A DNA stretch of 64,000 nucleotides from an uncultured Veillonellaceae bacterium. GTDB taxonomy: Bacteria > Bacillota > Negativicutes > JARBTT01. Made by a program: the position numbers and the translations under genes. The stretch is from NCBI GenBank assembly GCA_963805085.1, contig CAWDTA010000002.1, positions 128,001 through 192,000 of the forward strand, read 5' to 3'. Under the pieces are notes generated by a model. It was not told where the DNA came from and ran no database searches. It was given only the letters and a program-made list of their open reading frames with translations. Shown here piece by piece: positions 28,438-37,943 of the stretch (the stretch's first letter is position 1; each line of letters opens with the position of its first letter).

Positions 28438-30912
28438 TTATTTCTTATTTTTCAAGCTTTCGCTGATTAGGTTAATAAAGTTATCATATCCAGCTTGGAA
28501 ACTAATTTCGATGCTTAGAATATAAATTGGCAATTGCCGATTAGAATGGATAATTTCTGCTGGTATTTTCACCGCATCTTTATCCGTAATAATGATTGCC
28601 TCTGCCCCTTGCTCCATTGCTTTGTCCAAAACAGCTTGCATTTCTGCCATTGTATAGTCATGATGATCAGGAAAACGGACACTATCGATTACTACTGCAC
28701 CAATATCGCTAATTGTCTGCTCAAATGATGCTGGGTTTCCAATTGCCGATACCGCAATTACTTGCTTATTTTTCAAGGTACTAACATCAATACTCTTGCT
28801 AGGAGTATCCTTATACCAATCAGCAATTTCAATAAAGCAACGTGGTTTATGAATACTTTCAACGACAAGGGCATGGTCATTATACCGAGCTACCGTTTCT
28901 TTTATGGTTTCACAAGCTTTTTTATCCGCTTGGTCAACCTTTGTTAACAGACAAACATCGGCACGATTTAAATGTGAAAGTGGCTCTCGTAACGTGCCCC
29001 GTGGTAACATGTAGTTATTGCCAAAGACGTTAATCGCATCTACTAGCAGGATATCTAAGTCTCGGAGTAAACGCCAATGCTGATACCCATCATCTAAGAT
29101 AACAACTTGGGCATTTAATTTCTCCACAGCATATTTACCGGTCTCTGCCCGATCTGCCCCAATTAGTACTGGTACTTTAGGCAAATTCTTCGCAAGTAAA
29201 AACGCTTCATCGCCAGCTTCCGCCGCTGACATATAAATTTTCTTGCCATCAGACACAACGCCTACTTTACCTTTCCATTTCGCCCGATAACCACGGTTTA
29301 AAATAACCACTCGATACCCCATATCACGAATTGCAGCTGCAAGTCGCTGTGCCGTTGGCGTTTTTCCTGTCCCGCCAACGGTAATATTCCCCAAACTGAT
29401 CACATGACAATCTAATCTGTATTGTTTAAAAATTCCCGAGCGATATAGTGCTATTGTCATTTCAATCAATTGACAATACACAAAAGAAAAAGCATACAAA
29501 ATACTCAAAAAAACATTAGGAAAAAACCCATTTTCGTCACCATGCACCAGTTTATATAAATAGGTCTGAAAGTTTTCGATCTGGCGTAGTGTTCTCTTCG
29601 GGCTTCTTGCTTTTTTTTGTTCATAAGTTCCTAACATTTCTCTTAGCAGTACTGCACTTTTTCTTGAAGCCCCTCGGTTTTCTTTTACGATTGCCAGCGT
29701 CTCTGCTTCCATTTCTAGTCTTAACTCAGGATTATGAAAAAGTTTTAAAATATTAGAACCAAGCTCAGCGGCATCATGAGCCGTAATGCAAGCATTACGG
29801 TTTGAAAATAAAGCATAGGTATCTTTAAAATTAAACATATTGGGTCCAACAATAATCGCTTTGCCATGTGCCGCTGGTTCTAATATATTATGCCCGCCAT
29901 GTGATACTAAACTACCACCAACATAAATAACATCACCAATACTATAGACTTTTCCGAGTTCACCAATCGTATCTAAAAGAACAACGTCATGTCCTGTTTC
30001 TACGCTTTTATTTAACGCCGTCCGTGTTTTCACTTTCATACCAAAAATTTTAGCAGTTTCGGTAATTTCACCAACTCGTAAAATATCACGAGGAGCAATA
30101 ATCAATTTTGCTGTAGGTATTTCCTTCTTTAGCTGACGAAATGCTTCTAGAATCAAATTTTCTTCGCCTTTATGCGTACTACCAGCAAGCAAAATCGCCC
30201 CTGAACCATTAAGTCCCATTTCATCAAGCAATTTTTGTTTTTCTTCTGGAGCTACATCCGTATAAGTTTGATCAAATTTCGTATTCCCAGTTATCGTAAC
30301 TAAATCAGGATTTGCCCCGAGTTTTATAATATATTTTGCATCTATGGGTGATTGCATACAAAATTTTTTCACAGTACCAATCATATCTTTTAAAACACCA
30401 CGCAAATGATGGTAGCGATTTACGCTTTTGTCACTAATTCTACCATTTACCATCATAACTGGAATATGATATTTACGTGCTGCTTTTAAGAAATTTGGCC
30501 ATAACTCTGTTTCTACTGGTAAAAACACACTTGGCATTACTTTTTTGACTACGCCACTACTAAGCCATGGCAAATCAAGCGGAAAATAAATAATACTATC
30601 CGCATCTTTGACGATTCTATTTGCCATTTCATAGCCATTATTCGTAACCACTGACACTAAAATCGGTTTTTTAGGAAATTCTAAACGAAATTCCTTGATT
30701 AACGGACTGGCAGCAACAATTTCACCGACAGAAGCTGCGTGTATCCAGATACACCCCTTATTTGCTACTGGTTCTAAGGCATCTTTATGTAAGAAACCAA
30801 AGCTTTGCCTCAGCCTCTCGACAAATCCTTTTTCACGCATAGCTCGTACCATAAATACCGGTATCGCTAATATTACCAGTATGATCGCCACTATGTTGTA
30901 TATAATCTGCAT
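28438..30912 (-). CDS. waaA-lpxK: Fused Kdo transferase (WaaA/KdtA) and lipid A 4'-kinase (LpxK)
   Basis: N-half: WIHAASVGE, ETELWPN, GGHN.LEP. C-half: GNITVGGTGKTP, RGY, GDE, LDDG.QH. One uninterrupted 824-aa ORF. Confidence 0.9.
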   Translation of the reverse strand: MQIIYNIVAIILVILAIPVFMVRAMREKGFVERLRQSFGFLHKDALEPVANKGCIWIHAASVGEIVAASPLIKEFRLEFPKKPILVSVVTNNGYEMANRIVKDADSIIYFPLDLPWLSSGVVKKVMPSVFLPVETELWPNFLKAARKYHIPVMMVNGRISDKSVNRYHHLRGVLKDMIGTVKKFCMQSPIDAKYIIKLGANPDLVTITGNTKFDQTYTDVAPEEKQKLLDEMGLNGSGAILLAGSTHKGEENLILEAFRQLKKEIPTAKLIIAPRDILRVGEITETAKIFGMKVKTRTALNKSVETGHDVVLLDTIGELGKVYSIGDVIYVGGSLVSHGGHNILEPAAHGKAIIVGPNMFNFKDTYALFSNRNACITAHDAAELGSNILKLFHNPELRLEMEAETLAIVKENRGASRKSAVLLREMLGTYEQKKARSPKRTLRQIENFQTYLYKLVHGDENGFFPNVFLSILYAFSFVYCQLIEMTIALYRSGIFKQYRLDCHVISLGNITVGGTGKTPTAQRLAAAIRDMGYRVVILNRGYRAKWKGKVGVVSDGKKIYMSAAEAGDEAFLLAKNLPKVPVLIGADRAETGKYAVEKLNAQVVILDDGYQHWRLLRDLDILLVDAINVFGNNYMLPRGTLREPLSHLNRADVCLLTKVDQADKKACETIKETVARYNDHALVVESIHKPRCFIEIADWYKDTPSKSIDVSTLKNKQVIAVSAIGNPASFEQTISDIGAVVIDSVRFPDHHDYTMAEMQAVLDKAMEQGAEAIIITDKDAVKIPAEIIHSNRQLPIYILSIEISFQAGYDNFINLISESLKNKK

Positions 30913-30951
30913 GCCTGCACCTCACAATTATCGTTAATATAAAAAGCTACC

Positions 30952-32679
30952 TTAATCATGATTGTTAAATTGTATTTTAGATAAACTACTATATAATCCA
31001 TTCAACTGAAGTAACTCTTTATGTGTACCTTGTTCGACGATTTTCCCTTTTTCCAGAACAATAATACAATCTGCGTTTAATACTGTTGATAAGCGATGCG
31101 CAATCACAAAAGAAGTACGACCAACCATTAATTTATCTAATGCGACTTGTACGATTTTTTCACTTTCGGTATCCAAGGCTGATGTTGCTTCATCTAATAT
31201 CAAAATGCGTGGATTTTTCAATATGGCTCTAGCGATCGCAATCCGCTGTCTTTGTCCACCGGAAAGACTAGCACCACGTTCACCAATTTGGCTGTCATAT
31301 TCCTCTGGCATTGCCATAATAAATTCATGGGCATTGGCGGCTTTCGTTGCCGCAATGACCTGCTCTTTGCTCGCATCCAAATCACCATATAAAATATTAT
31401 CATATATAGATCCATTAAATAATACGGTTTCTTGTGGGACGATACCGATTTGCTGTCTTAATGAATCCAAGGTTACGTCCGTAATATCAACATCATCAAT
31501 AAAAATGTTGCCAGATTTCAAATCATAGAATCTCGGTATCAAGTTAGCAATCGTGCTTTTTCCTGCACCACTTGGTCCAACAATCGCAACCATTTGGCCT
31601 GCTTTTACTTCTAAACTAATATTATTTAATGCCAGTTCATTTGGTTTATATTCAAATATAACATTTTTAAAACTTACTTTACCATCAATTGTTGGTAATT
31701 GAATAGCACTTGCTTTTTCTCTTATTTCGGGTTCAGTATCAAGTACTTCAAATACTCTTTCTGCTGCTGCTAATGCTTTTTGAACATCCCCAAATAAACG
31801 GCTAAGCCTTTTAACGGGGTTCGCCAAATTTACAGCGTATACTAAGAATGCAACCAACTCTCCAGCACTCAATCTACCATTGACAACTTCAACACCGCCA
31901 TACCAAATAATACAAGTAACCCCAATTGCCGCTAAAAATTCAACAACCGGAGTCAAGGTCGCCATCACTTGCGTATTCTTCATTTGGGCACGGAAGTTAG
32001 ATTCGTTTTGTACCTTGAATCGTTCAATTTCATAGTCTTCCCGTACAAAAGTTTTGACTACACGTACAGAAGAAATAGTTTCCTGCAATACAGAAGTAAT
32101 ATCAGCAATTCGCTCTTGCATAACAAAGCTGGTTTTTTTTAATTTTTTACCAAAAACTTTCATGGCCTGTGCAATAATCGGCATCGTAATCAATGTTAGT
32201 AATGACAATTTCCAATGAAGAAAAAACATAGTGCCAAGTGAGCCAAGTAAAATAGCACTTTCTTGCACGATTTCCACCATACTGCTAACAAGTGCAACCT
32301 GCAGAGCCGATACATCATTGGTAATATAACTCATAATAGTACCAGTCTTACGCGTTTCATAATACGCAAGCGACAATTTCTGCAAATGGCGATATAAATC
32401 TTCTCTAATATCTATAATAACACGCTGTGCGATATATGACATTAGATAAGTTTGTCCATAATAGAAAATACCTCTAAGGAAAAACACCACCACGATACCA
32501 ATAGCAATGGTATTTAGCATCCTCATATTTTTTTGTGCTAATACCTCATCAATCACATCTTTTAGTACCCAAGGGACATAAAGATTTGCTAATGCTGCAA
32601 AAATGATACATACAATAGCTACACAAAGTCTCGAGATATATGGTTTCATATAGTAAAGTAAACGTTTATAAGTATTCAA
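30952..32679 (-). CDS. msbA: Lipid A-core flippase ABC transporter
   Basis: Six-TM ABC membrane domain plus NBD (GPSGAGKST, LSGGQRQR, DEATSALD); lies between lpxB and waaA-lpxK. Confidence 0.88.
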   Translation of the reverse strand: MNTYKRLLYYMKPYISRLCVAIVCIIFAALANLYVPWVLKDVIDEVLAQKNMRMLNTIAIGIVVVFFLRGIFYYGQTYLMSYIAQRVIIDIREDLYRHLQKLSLAYYETRKTGTIMSYITNDVSALQVALVSSMVEIVQESAILLGSLGTMFFLHWKLSLLTLITMPIIAQAMKVFGKKLKKTSFVMQERIADITSVLQETISSVRVVKTFVREDYEIERFKVQNESNFRAQMKNTQVMATLTPVVEFLAAIGVTCIIWYGGVEVVNGRLSAGELVAFLVYAVNLANPVKRLSRLFGDVQKALAAAERVFEVLDTEPEIREKASAIQLPTIDGKVSFKNVIFEYKPNELALNNISLEVKAGQMVAIVGPSGAGKSTIANLIPRFYDLKSGNIFIDDVDITDVTLDSLRQQIGIVPQETVLFNGSIYDNILYGDLDASKEQVIAATKAANAHEFIMAMPEEYDSQIGERGASLSGGQRQRIAIARAILKNPRILILDEATSALDTESEKIVQVALDKLMVGRTSFVIAHRLSTVLNADCIIVLEKGKIVEQGTHKELLQLNGLYSSLSKIQFNNHD

Positions 32680-32727
32680 TCAATAACCTCCAATTTCATA
32701 CTGTTTAGAGAAACCGATTGTAGATTT

Positions 32728-33864
32728 CTATTTTTTATTTGCCATGATTAAAACTTCCTCAGCAACGCGCTTCACAGCCCCTGATGAACCAAGTTTTTCT
32801 TTCATTAATTTTAGTTTTGTACGAACTGCTTGGCCATAAGGGTTTGTTTCTAGTAAGCGCATTGCTTCTTTAGCAACATTTTCTGCCGTAACCTCATCTT
32901 GCAATAATTCTGGAATCATTCGTTCTTCCATTACTATATTGGGCAAGCTGATATGAGGAATTTTCACTAGCAATCTACCTATAAAATAAGTGATTGCCGA
33001 CATTTTATAGACAACAACAACTGGCACCCCTAAAATAGCCGCTTCCAATGTAACTGTTCCCGATGCGGCAATTGCAGTATCGGCGATATTCATTAAATCA
33101 TAAATATTTCCACTAGTTAAATGGACTTTAACCTTGTAACTATTTAGTATACTTTGCAACATTTCCCGGGAAATTGTAGATGCTACTGGTAAAAAAAATT
33201 GACAACTAGGGCTTTCTTGCAATATTTTTTCGGCACTTTCAAGCATAATTGGCAATAAGCTGGTAATTTCTTGTTTGCGACTACCTGGTAATAGTAGAAT
33301 AATAGGCTCATCAGGGTTAGCAGTAAAAAATTGATAGGACTCTTCTTTATTCATACTTGGCTTAACGATATCAAGTAAAGGATGTCCAACAAAATTAACA
33401 TCTGCACCTGCCTTACGATAAACCTCTGCTTCAAAAGGAAAAATACTAGCAACCTTATTAACCAATTTTGCCATTGATTTTGCTCTGCCTTTTCGCCAAG
33501 CCCATGCCGATGGTGGGATATAAGAAAGTATCGGAATACCCAGCTGTTTGGCACATTTTGCCAAACGCATATTAAAGTCAGCATAATCAATAATGAGCAA
33601 TACATCTGGTCTTTCTTTTTTCATAATTTCTACTAACTCATCACGCAAACGAAAAAAGCGCGGTAAATTTTTTATTACTTCGACGAATCCCATGACATCA
33701 AGATCCGCAAAATCATGACTAATCTCTACACCGGCTTCACGCATCGCTTTACCGCCCATACCAAACATTTTAATATTAGGTTTTATTTTTTTTAATTCTG
33801 CGGCTATACTTGCACCATGCAAATCCCCCGATGCTTCACCAACAGATATCATGATTTTGCACAT
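32728..33864 (-). CDS. lpxB: Lipid-A-disaccharide synthase
   Basis: GEASGDLHG, IDY..FN, WAWR, FVGHP, LPGSR, SGT.TLE. Confidence 0.96.
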   Translation of the reverse strand: MCKIMISVGEASGDLHGASIAAELKKIKPNIKMFGMGGKAMREAGVEISHDFADLDVMGFVEVIKNLPRFFRLRDELVEIMKKERPDVLLIIDYADFNMRLAKCAKQLGIPILSYIPPSAWAWRKGRAKSMAKLVNKVASIFPFEAEVYRKAGADVNFVGHPLLDIVKPSMNKEESYQFFTANPDEPIILLLPGSRKQEITSLLPIMLESAEKILQESPSCQFFLPVASTISREMLQSILNSYKVKVHLTSGNIYDLMNIADTAIAASGTVTLEAAILGVPVVVVYKMSAITYFIGRLLVKIPHISLPNIVMEERMIPELLQDEVTAENVAKEAMRLLETNPYGQAVRTKLKLMKEKLGSSGAVKRVAEEVLIMANKK

Positions 33865-33948
33865 AAGGAACCTCCAGTAACAATTTTAAAAAGACGCGAG
33901 GACGCTTTACTAATTTTTAGCATCCGTCGCGCCTCTTATCATCAGTAT

Positions 33949-34752
33949 TTACAGAGCGACAATTGTTATTCCGTTTTTATTGGCAATTTCAAGGACTTTT
34001 TCCTCTTCTACTAAAATTGTTTTGCCAGCTTCCATTACCAAAGCTTTCGCTCCGACTGTACACATGGATTCTATGGTCTTTATCCCAACCGCTGGTACAT
34101 CAAAACGGATATCCTGCTTCGGTTTCGCAACCTTTGCTACGACAACACCACCACGGCCTAACTTGCCACCACGTAAAATACATTCATCCGTACCTTCAAT
34201 GGCTTCCACTGCCATCACTGCTAGATTTTTCACGACAACGGTTTGACCAATATCAAGACCGCCAATCGCCTTGGCCATTTTAAAACCAAATTCCATATCT
34301 GCCTGTTCATCTACATTTGGTTCACGCTCTGTAAGTGTACCCTCTTTTACGATCAAAGAACGAATCAATGCGGTTTGATCAAAAACAGTAATGCCTTCTA
34401 TCGCAAGCTCGCGAACGAACGCCAGCATTAATGTATCATCGTTATTATCTGGCAAAGCTGCTAAGATTTTTTTCATGCGATTATCAAGCATTACTTTACC
34501 ATCAAACATCAATTCTTTGGTAACTTTGCCAAGCATCGTTACTCTTGTAATATTATTTTGCTTTAAAAATTCAAAAATTGCATCTAATTGACCAACACCA
34601 ATTTTTTCTATTTTTTCAACGTGTTCCGCTAATTCTTTTTCTACCGACTCTACCAAAGCGACTGTAAAAACATTAAAGCCCATACCTTTAGCAGCACGAG
34701 CAAATTCTACAGGCAATTTACCAACACCAGCCAACAACCCAATTCTCTCCAT
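33949..34752 (-). CDS. lpxI: UDP-2,3-diacylglucosamine diphosphatase LpxI (DUF1009)
   Basis: GLLAG.G.LP, DIGQ, AVEAIEGTD, K..KP.QD.RFDVP; likely start MERIG at 34752. Confidence 0.92.
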   Translation of the reverse strand: MERIGLLAGVGKLPVEFARAAKGMGFNVFTVALVESVEKELAEHVEKIEKIGVGQLDAIFEFLKQNNITRVTMLGKVTKELMFDGKVMLDNRMKKILAALPDNNDDTLMLAFVRELAIEGITVFDQTALIRSLIVKEGTLTEREPNVDEQADMEFGFKMAKAIGGLDIGQTVVVKNLAVMAVEAIEGTDECILRGGKLGRGGVVVAKVAKPKQDIRFDVPAVGIKTIESMCTVGAKALVMEAGKTILVEEEKVLEIANKNGITIVAL

Positions 34753-34781
34753 ACTTGTTCCTCCGAATAGCATTCAGCTCA

Positions 34782-35600
34782 TTACTCACTCGTCTCTTTA
34801 CGTCCGCGACAAATTCCCCGTTCGGCATTACGCAAAAACCGCAAAAGATGTTCGACTTCATTGCACGAATCAACTTCTTGTTCAATTAATGCAATTGCTT
34901 GCGTTAAGCTAAGACCAGAGCGATAAAGTAATTTATATGCTTTTTTAATATTACGCCGAGATTCAATCGCAATCCCTGCACGAGAAATTCCAACACTATT
35001 TAAACCAGACACTTTTGCTGGATGACCATCAACAATAGTATAGGGAACAACATCTTGTACAACTTTCGAAGCTCCACCAATCATTGCATTACGACCAACT
35101 TTTACAAATTGATGAATTCCCGTTAAACCGCCAATTACCGCACGATCTTCAACAATAACATGACCTGCCAGCGTTGCAGCATTGGACATAATAACATTAT
35201 TGCCAACGATACAATTGTGAGCGACATGTGTATATGCCATCATTAAGCAATCATTTCCGATACGTGTTTCTTCGCCTTCACCTGTCGCTCTATTTACAGT
35301 TGCACATTCACGAATCCTAGTATTATCTCCAATGAACACATAGGACTTTTCACCGGCAAATTTCAAGTCTTGTGGTTCCGCTCCGATGGATGCGCCTGGG
35401 AATATCACACAATTTTTACCTATACTAGTCCAGCCGTCTATAACAACATGTGCACCAATCTTTGTACCATCATCAATCAGAACATTCTCACCAATAACCG
35501 CATATGGTCCGATTTGTACATCTTTGCCAAGTCGCGCACTAGGATGTACAACTGCCGTCTCATGCACATTCCGCAAAACAACTACCTTCTCTGGTTTCAT
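34782..35600 (-). CDS. lpxA: UDP-N-acetylglucosamine acyltransferase
   Basis: Hexapeptide repeats, PQDLK, IRE..T..R.T, HVAH.C, LAGHV; likely start MKPEK at 35600. Confidence 0.96.
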   Translation of the reverse strand: MKPEKVVVLRNVHETAVVHPSARLGKDVQIGPYAVIGENVLIDDGTKIGAHVVIDGWTSIGKNCVIFPGASIGAEPQDLKFAGEKSYVFIGDNTRIRECATVNRATGEGEETRIGNDCLMMAYTHVAHNCIVGNNVIMSNAATLAGHVIVEDRAVIGGLTGIHQFVKVGRNAMIGGASKVVQDVVPYTIVDGHPAKVSGLNSVGISRAGIAIESRRNIKKAYKLLYRSGLSLTQAIALIEQEVDSCNEVEHLLRFLRNAERGICRGRKETSE

Positions 35601-35788
35601 AAGTATCTCAGCTCCTTTTCCTCTTAAATTTATATGAACGCCTACACGTAAACTTCTCCTTAATTCACCAACACCTATATATAGTCCAGACAGTCTGTCT
35701 AAAATAAACGACTCAAATTTCGCCAAAATCAGCTATTATAGTAGGAAAGTAGTATAATAGCTAAATATTTCATACCAAAACAGCTGAT

Positions 35789-36232
35789 TTACTCATTATT
35801 TTCCGGCGTTTTTAACGCAAACGTAAAATCACCTTGCGCAACCATTTGATCTTCCACATATGCCTCACAATGTAATTTTCCAATAGAACCACGTATTTTT
35901 ATTAATTCTGCTGTCATTTTCAATTGATCTCCCGGCACAACAGGCTTTCTAAACCGTACATTTTCCATGCCGGCAAAGAAGGTCACTTTCCCGCGGTTTT
36001 CTGCTGGGTAAAGCATTGCCACGCCACCAACTTGTGCCATTGCCTCCAAAATTAAGACACCTGGCATAATAGGATTGCCAGGAAAGTGCCCTTGAAAATG
36101 AGTTTCTGTCATTGTCACGTTTTTTATACCAACAGCTCGTTTCATTGGTTCTAACTCAATAATCCTATCCACTAATAAAAACGGGGAACGGTGCGGCAAT
36201 ATTTTTTGTATATCAGTTACTGATAAAATCAT
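35789..36232 (-). CDS. fabZ: 3-hydroxyacyl-ACP dehydratase
   Basis: LPHR.PFLLVD, F.GHFP..PIMPGVL..EAMAQ. Confidence 0.97.
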   Translation of the reverse strand: MILSVTDIQKILPHRSPFLLVDRIIELEPMKRAVGIKNVTMTETHFQGHFPGNPIMPGVLILEAMAQVGGVAMLYPAENRGKVTFFAGMENVRFRKPVVPGDQLKMTAELIKIRGSIGKLHCEAYVEDQMVAQGDFTFALKTPENNE

Positions 36233-36249
36233 AATAAACTCCTCCTCTT

Positions 36250-37077
36250 TTACTTACTAAGCCCAGCGGATATCTGCTTTGCAAGTTCTGTATTAATGGC
36301 ATGGCTAGATTTTACAGCGACAATATGTCCGCGTACCCGTCCAACCAGACGAATATCACCAATGATATCGAGTACCTTATGGCGTACCAATTCATCTACA
36401 AATCTAAGCTTCGTTAGCCATTTTTCATCATTATATACAATGACGTTTTCTGGCGTTCCACCTAACCCCAAGCCCATTTTTTGCAAGGCTTCTATTTCCT
36501 GTTCATAGGCAATGGTTCTAGCTGGTGCTATTTCTTTATGAAAAATTTCTGCTGTAATCTCATAATCTGCATATTGAATCCCCACCAGCTCACTTGGATT
36601 GACAGAAGTAAAGCTAACTCTAAAACCATCGTAAGGTAATATCATGACAAACTTATCATCTTGTCTTATAATATAAGTTCGATCAATGATGATTTCCCTG
36701 CTTTCTTCTTCTTGCTCTCTAACACCAGCACTTTGGATTAACTCAAAGAAAACCAAAGCACTACCATCGGTTACTGGTGGTTCTACGGCATCAATTTCAA
36801 TATAGCAATTATCTATTTGTAGAGCATGAAAAGCTGACATCAAATGCTCTATTGTAAAAACCTTCGCCGTTCCTGATTCAATCGTTGTTGCTCTAACAGT
36901 AGCCGTTACATTGTCAGAAATCGCAGCGACCCGTGGTGAATCTTCTAGATCAACACGAATAAACACAATGCCCGTATTTACTGGAGCAGGCTTTAACCTA
37001 ATTGTGACCTCACAGCCCGAATGTAAACCAATCCCAGTATAGGCTACATCTTTTTCAATTGTCGTTTGGTACTGCAT
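36250..37077 (-). CDS. lpxC: UDP-3-O-acyl-GlcNAc deacetylase
   Basis: GIGLHSG, TIEHL, P..DGSA, IAPART, RHKVLD..GD; likely start MQYQ at 37077. Confidence 0.96.
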   Translation of the reverse strand: MQYQTTIEKDVAYTGIGLHSGCEVTIRLKPAPVNTGIVFIRVDLEDSPRVAAISDNVTATVRATTIESGTAKVFTIEHLMSAFHALQIDNCYIEIDAVEPPVTDGSALVFFELIQSAGVREQEEESREIIIDRTYIIRQDDKFVMILPYDGFRVSFTSVNPSELVGIQYADYEITAEIFHKEIAPARTIAYEQEIEALQKMGLGLGGTPENVIVYNDEKWLTKLRFVDELVRHKVLDIIGDIRLVGRVRGHIVAVKSSHAINTELAKQISAGLSK

Positions 37078-37112
37078 AAATAAAAATCCTCCTGACATGA
37101 TAACCTTTGTTT

Positions 37113-37137
37113 ATTCTACAAAAAATTAGCTCATCCT
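37113..37137 (-). promoter_or_regulatory. Sigma-H-like promoter upstream of lpxC
   Basis: gcAGGAtgagctaattttttgtaGAAT, 17-nt spacer. Confidence 0.6.
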
Positions 37138-37161
37138 GCAAGCATAAAAAGAAATTTTTAT

Positions 37162-37923
37162 TTATTTTACCAAAACACGCTTACTAGCATTCATTTGATA
37201 TTCAATTAATGCTTTATAATCTTGTCCCACATTTGAGGTTGGATTAAGAAAAATGTCTTGCGTTGCTCCTGTTTCAACAATCTTTCCTTTATCCATTAAA
37301 ATGATCTTATCAGCCACATTTAAAGCAAACGATAATTCATGGGTAACGACCAGCATTGTACTCGATCTATATTTTGCAAGCTCTTCCATGATAAGGAGAA
37401 CCTCTCGAACTAGCATAGGATCAAGCGAAGCCGTTGGTTCATCCCACAGGATTAGTTCCGGTTCTAACACAAGCGCTCTAGCAATGGCAACACGTTGTTG
37501 TTGCCCCCCTGATAGTACATTCGGCCTCTTTTGTAGTTCTTTTTCTAAGCCTACTTTCATTAATGCTATTTTTGCTTTTTCATAAGCTACTTCCCTTGGC
37601 TCATTCCCCATAATCAGGCCCAACATCACATTTTCTATCGCAGACAACCGTGCTATTAAATTAAAATGCTGAAAAACAAAACCGATTCGTTTACGCATAG
37701 CAAGCAGCTCAGTTACATTCAAGGTTGTAACATCAATGGAATCAAAGAAGATACTTCCTTCATCTGGCTCAATTAAGCGATTAATCATCCGAATTGTCGT
37801 CGATTTTCCACAACCAGATGGTCCCATTAAAACGAGGGTCTCACCTTGCTTTGCCGTTAAATTAATATGATCAACAGCTTGAACTCCACCAAATTGTTTT
37901 GAAAGATTAGAAATTGCAAACAT
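37162..37923 (-). CDS. ABC transporter ATP-binding protein (GlnQ-like)
   Basis: GPSGCGKST, FQHFNL, LSGGQQQRVAIARAL, DEPT.SLDP, VTHE. Confidence 0.9.
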   Translation of the reverse strand: MFAISNLSKQFGGVQAVDHINLTAKQGETLVLMGPSGCGKSTTIRMINRLIEPDEGSIFFDSIDVTTLNVTELLAMRKRIGFVFQHFNLIARLSAIENVMLGLIMGNEPREVAYEKAKIALMKVGLEKELQKRPNVLSGGQQQRVAIARALVLEPELILWDEPTASLDPMLVREVLLIMEELAKYRSSTMLVVTHELSFALNVADKIILMDKGKIVETGATQDIFLNPTSNVGQDYKALIEYQMNASKRVLVK

Positions 37924-37943
37924 ATGATCACCCTTTATACAAA

